A stretch of DNA of 64,000 nucleotides, from NCBI RefSeq assembly GCF_947563725.1, contig NC_079163.1:54630922-54694921 (forward strand). The letters run 5' to 3'. The translations under genes and the position numbers were made by a program. Positions within the stretch are counted from its first letter, which is position 1. Every line of letters begins with the position of its first letter. The stretch is from Argiope bruennichi. Lineage: Eukaryota. Shown here one piece after another: positions 62,201 through 64,000 of the stretch. The notes beneath the pieces were generated by a model, which saw only the letters and a program-made list of their open reading frames with translations, was not told the origin of the DNA and ran no database searches.

Positions 62201-64000
62201 TGAATGATCCTGTCAAGGTCATTAAGTATTCAGTAAATTTCCGTTGTACGAACTCATTTGGTGAGTTTGAATACGCTCCAGAAGAATGAATGTTATTTTT
62301 AAAATCAAAAATATTTGTTTTGCTTTTTGATTACTGATTACATCACGTTTCTTCTTCTTTTTTCTAATATATTGGATAGGGAGAACTGAATGATATTTTA
62401 AGGTTTCAAATTACATTGCTCATATATAAACGCGTTCAATAGTCGAGAGTTTTTTTTTTTTTTTTCCTAGCAGAGAAATGTTACAACAGAATTCTTCGTT
62501 AACATAAATTCTCATGTAGTTGATGTATGCAATTTCGAATATCGAAAGGAGACCCTTCTTAATATTAAAAAATACACTGGAGTGATCTCTGCGAATTTTT
62601 ATCGCATATTGCTCCTCCATTTCACATAAAAAATTTAGGTCCGTCGACAAAAGTTCAAGTTTTTCAAAAGTTCAACCTTTTTGAGATTCTCGCATATGAG
62701 CATTTTGTGCTTCGTAGTATAATAAAGAAAATCCATTATGCATTTTGGATGTCTTTTTCCACCAACTGAAATCAAAATTCGATACAGAGCGACAATTTTT
62801 GTAACAATATACCAAATTTCATTTATCTAAATCTTTTCGTTTTTGAGCTATCCCGTTCACATACATGCGAGTGTGGAAACCAACAGTTCAATAGTCTAAC
62901 AGGATCGGCTCAAAATTATATACACATCTACATATTAGATGTTAAAACTGTGTACCAAATTGTATCTGTCTAGCTTTTTAAGTTTTAGAGTTATATATCT
63001 TTATGTTAGAAACCGAGATCTGAAGATTCTTCTGGATATTTCCCTGTGGCGACACGCCCTGTTCGGAAAATTATAAATTTTTTGAGGTGCTGCGCTGGAA
63101 AGTGTTAGTCTCTCTCTGGAGTTCTGTTCGCAGATCGAGCCAGTAAGTTGTGGACGCTGAACATCATTAATAACATAATTAGATTAGAACATAATTAGAT
63201 TTAATACCAATAAATTAGAGATTTTCTGCCTATTCGTGTTGATACTTTCTACAAGTGCTGTTTTTTATGTACATCTAGGTTGTGTGTTTACTTCCTGTGC
63301 TTTGTGGTTTCTGATTCATGGGAAAGTCTTTTTCCATTACATACAACTTGTATGAATATAATCACCTTTTATCCATCCATGGAATTTCTTTTTAATATCC
63401 TAAATTAACCAATAGAATTGTAAAATGAGAAATTTTTATTAAATACGCCGGCCCAAGTGCAGTCTTCATCCCATGACCAGGTTCAAAATAACCAGGTTAT
63501 TTGTAAAACAGCATTCGCATTGTTCAAATCTTGAATAAATATATCAAAACTGAATTGAAGCAAATCACCGATTATGGCATAAGAAAGCAAATCTTGAACA
63601 TTAAAATAGGTCATAAATGTTAATAAAATTTTATCTTGCTTGAAGTATATCTATTTACTTAAACTACCATCATACGTTGTGACTTTGATATTTTTGATAA
63701 AATTAAAGTTGTTTTCTACTTTCTGAAACCTTGACAAAAGCGGGATTCGAAAACCTTTTATTATTGTTGTTTTTGATTTTATGTCTCCACTCCATCCCTT
63801 TTATTTCGAGACTCTCAACAAGACTGAAATTGAATAAATTGTTAAACTATTTACGAAAATTCGTAACAAACATCTGGAATTTTGCAATCAATCTACTTAT
63901 GATGAAATATATCATAAACCTTCTTTGCCTTATGTAACAACCCTTTAAACTCAGAGCTCTTATACCATCGCCGATGTATTCTTTTCATAAAGTGGCGGTA

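Overview
This 64 kb window looks like nuclear DNA from a eukaryote, most plausibly an invertebrate metazoan. It is AT-rich (roughly 30% GC by eye), has no long open reading frame, and is densely packed with interspersed and tandem repeats. I can support no intact protein-coding gene, rRNA gene or canonical tRNA gene. I see no prokaryotic organisation at all: no operons, no CRISPR array, no defence island. An undescribed 'system' of that kind is therefore not present here. What the sequence does show, in order along the window: (1) a family of piggyBac-like non-autonomous transposons (MITEs) flanked by TTAA, with CCC...GGG termini, in at least 4 copies; (2) a family of tRNA-derived SINEs of about 275 bp in at least 9 full or partial copies on both strands, one of them split by a nested insertion; (3) a second tRNA-derived SINE with a (CAT)n tail and a perfect 12-bp target-site duplication, so apparently a recent insertion; (4) decayed fragments of three DNA/RNA transposon proteins: a non-LTR (LINE) reverse-transcriptase C-terminus, a PIF/Harbinger-like DDE transposase, and a mariner transposase N-terminus; (5) a second MITE family with AACCAGTTAACTGTT terminal inverted repeats; (6) a 149-bp satellite array of about 12 units, flanked by older and more diverged relatives of the same monomer; (7) several minisatellites with units of 24, 26, 27, 76 and 233 bp, plus a (GT)~74 and a (CA)16 microsatellite; (8) a few items that may matter for function: a roughly 110-bp ultra-conserved core inside a duplicated 600-bp segment, a cluster of perfect palindromic transcription-factor-like sites that includes the canonical RFX X-box, a perfect 24-bp hairpin, and a weak candidate promoter plus first exon. 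All calls rest on reading the sequence by eye. None has been checked against a database.
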